From Escherichia phage vB_EcoM_ASO2A, in the sequence record MZ726793.1: a DNA stretch of 64,000 bases; one strand, written 5' to 3'. Every line of letters starts with the position of its first letter. The stretch's first letter is position 1. This document shows, piece after piece, positions 63,723-64,000 of this stretch. A model generated the notes under the pieces. The model ran no database searches. It was not told the origin of the DNA and worked only from the letters and a program-made list of their open reading frames with translations. The position numbers were made by a program, and so were the translations under genes.

Positions 63723-63752
63723 CCCCTCTCCGAAAGGTTAGGGGCTTTTTTA
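63723..63752 (+). terminator. Rho-independent terminator
   Basis: CCCCT...AGGGG hairpin followed by TTTTTT. Confidence 0.5.
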
Positions 63753-63762
63753 TTTTTAATGC

Positions 63763-63792
63763 TTGCAATTATATATCATTTTGTGATAAGAT
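63763..63792 (+). promoter_or_regulatory. sigma70-like promoter
   Basis: TTGCAA, 18 nt, TAAGAT; then SD GAGGAGG. Confidence 0.45.
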
Positions 63793-63813
63793 CAGATATG
63801 AGGAGGATAAAAT

Positions 63814-63984
63814 ATGCGCAATTTTGTAGTTAAAAATGATTTTAACCGTTCTTCTTATCATAAAGATAAAAAGAATGATTACACACGGGCTTGGAACTTG
63901 GAGGAAGAACTTTATGATGACAGAGAAGACTTGGGAAGAGATCCTAGCGGAGGCTCAACCAATGGAAGTGAAGAAGATAGTTAA
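63814..63984 (+). CDS. small protein (56 aa)
   Basis: ORF below track cutoff; SD GAGGAGG 7 nt upstream. Confidence 0.4.
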   Translation: MRNFVVKNDFNRSSYHKDKKNDYTRAWNLEEELYDDREDLGRDPSGGSTNGSEEDS

Positions 63985-64000
63985 CAACGCCCCTTCTCTT

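Noticed and set aside
1-64000. CRISPR arrays, rRNA genes, integrase or repressor, transposase or IS elements
   Set aside because: No regularly spaced direct repeats with unique spacers, no rRNA-like segments, and no tyrosine integrase or transposase motifs were seen; the only recombinase is the small serine recombinase at 16287.

Overview
This 64 kb window reads as part of a large, AT-rich, virulent dsDNA phage genome; no rRNA, CRISPR array or obvious host genes were seen. All calls rest on reading the sequence and motif recall, with no homology search run. Layout: (1) 1-5110, plus-strand early-type cassettes, each with a sigma70-like promoter, a conserved TAGGGCGG motif and a GC-rich 5' hairpin, closed by three near-identical terminators; (2) 5141-6659, a 1.5 kb non-coding, A-rich repeat region; (3) 6660-23400, a dense plus-strand block of small unknown genes with three paralogous families and a serine recombinase; (4) 23470-59699, a minus-strand block carrying nucleotide metabolism (nrdA/nrdB, ThyX, glutaredoxin-like, 5'-nucleotidase-like), a complete dTDP-L-rhamnose operon (RmlB-A-C-D), T4-type lysozyme, PhoH, Ser/Thr phosphatase, DNA ligase, an RNA-repair trio (metallophosphoesterase, Rnl1-like RNA ligase, P-loop kinase), FEN/RNase H-like and DnaQ-like nucleases, RdgC-like, HslV-like, SIR2-like and two methyltransferase-like proteins; (5) 59700-60178, a divergent control region with GTACT iterons and AT-rich palindromes; (6) 60179-63984, short plus-strand genes and a cluster of 12 tRNAs with two degenerate tRNA-like elements and candidate small RNAs. 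Most striking: the rhamnose operon in a phage, the terminator-bounded SIR2 operon, a six-member small-protein family, and a FEN-like gene whose catalytic N-terminus has no canonical start codon.
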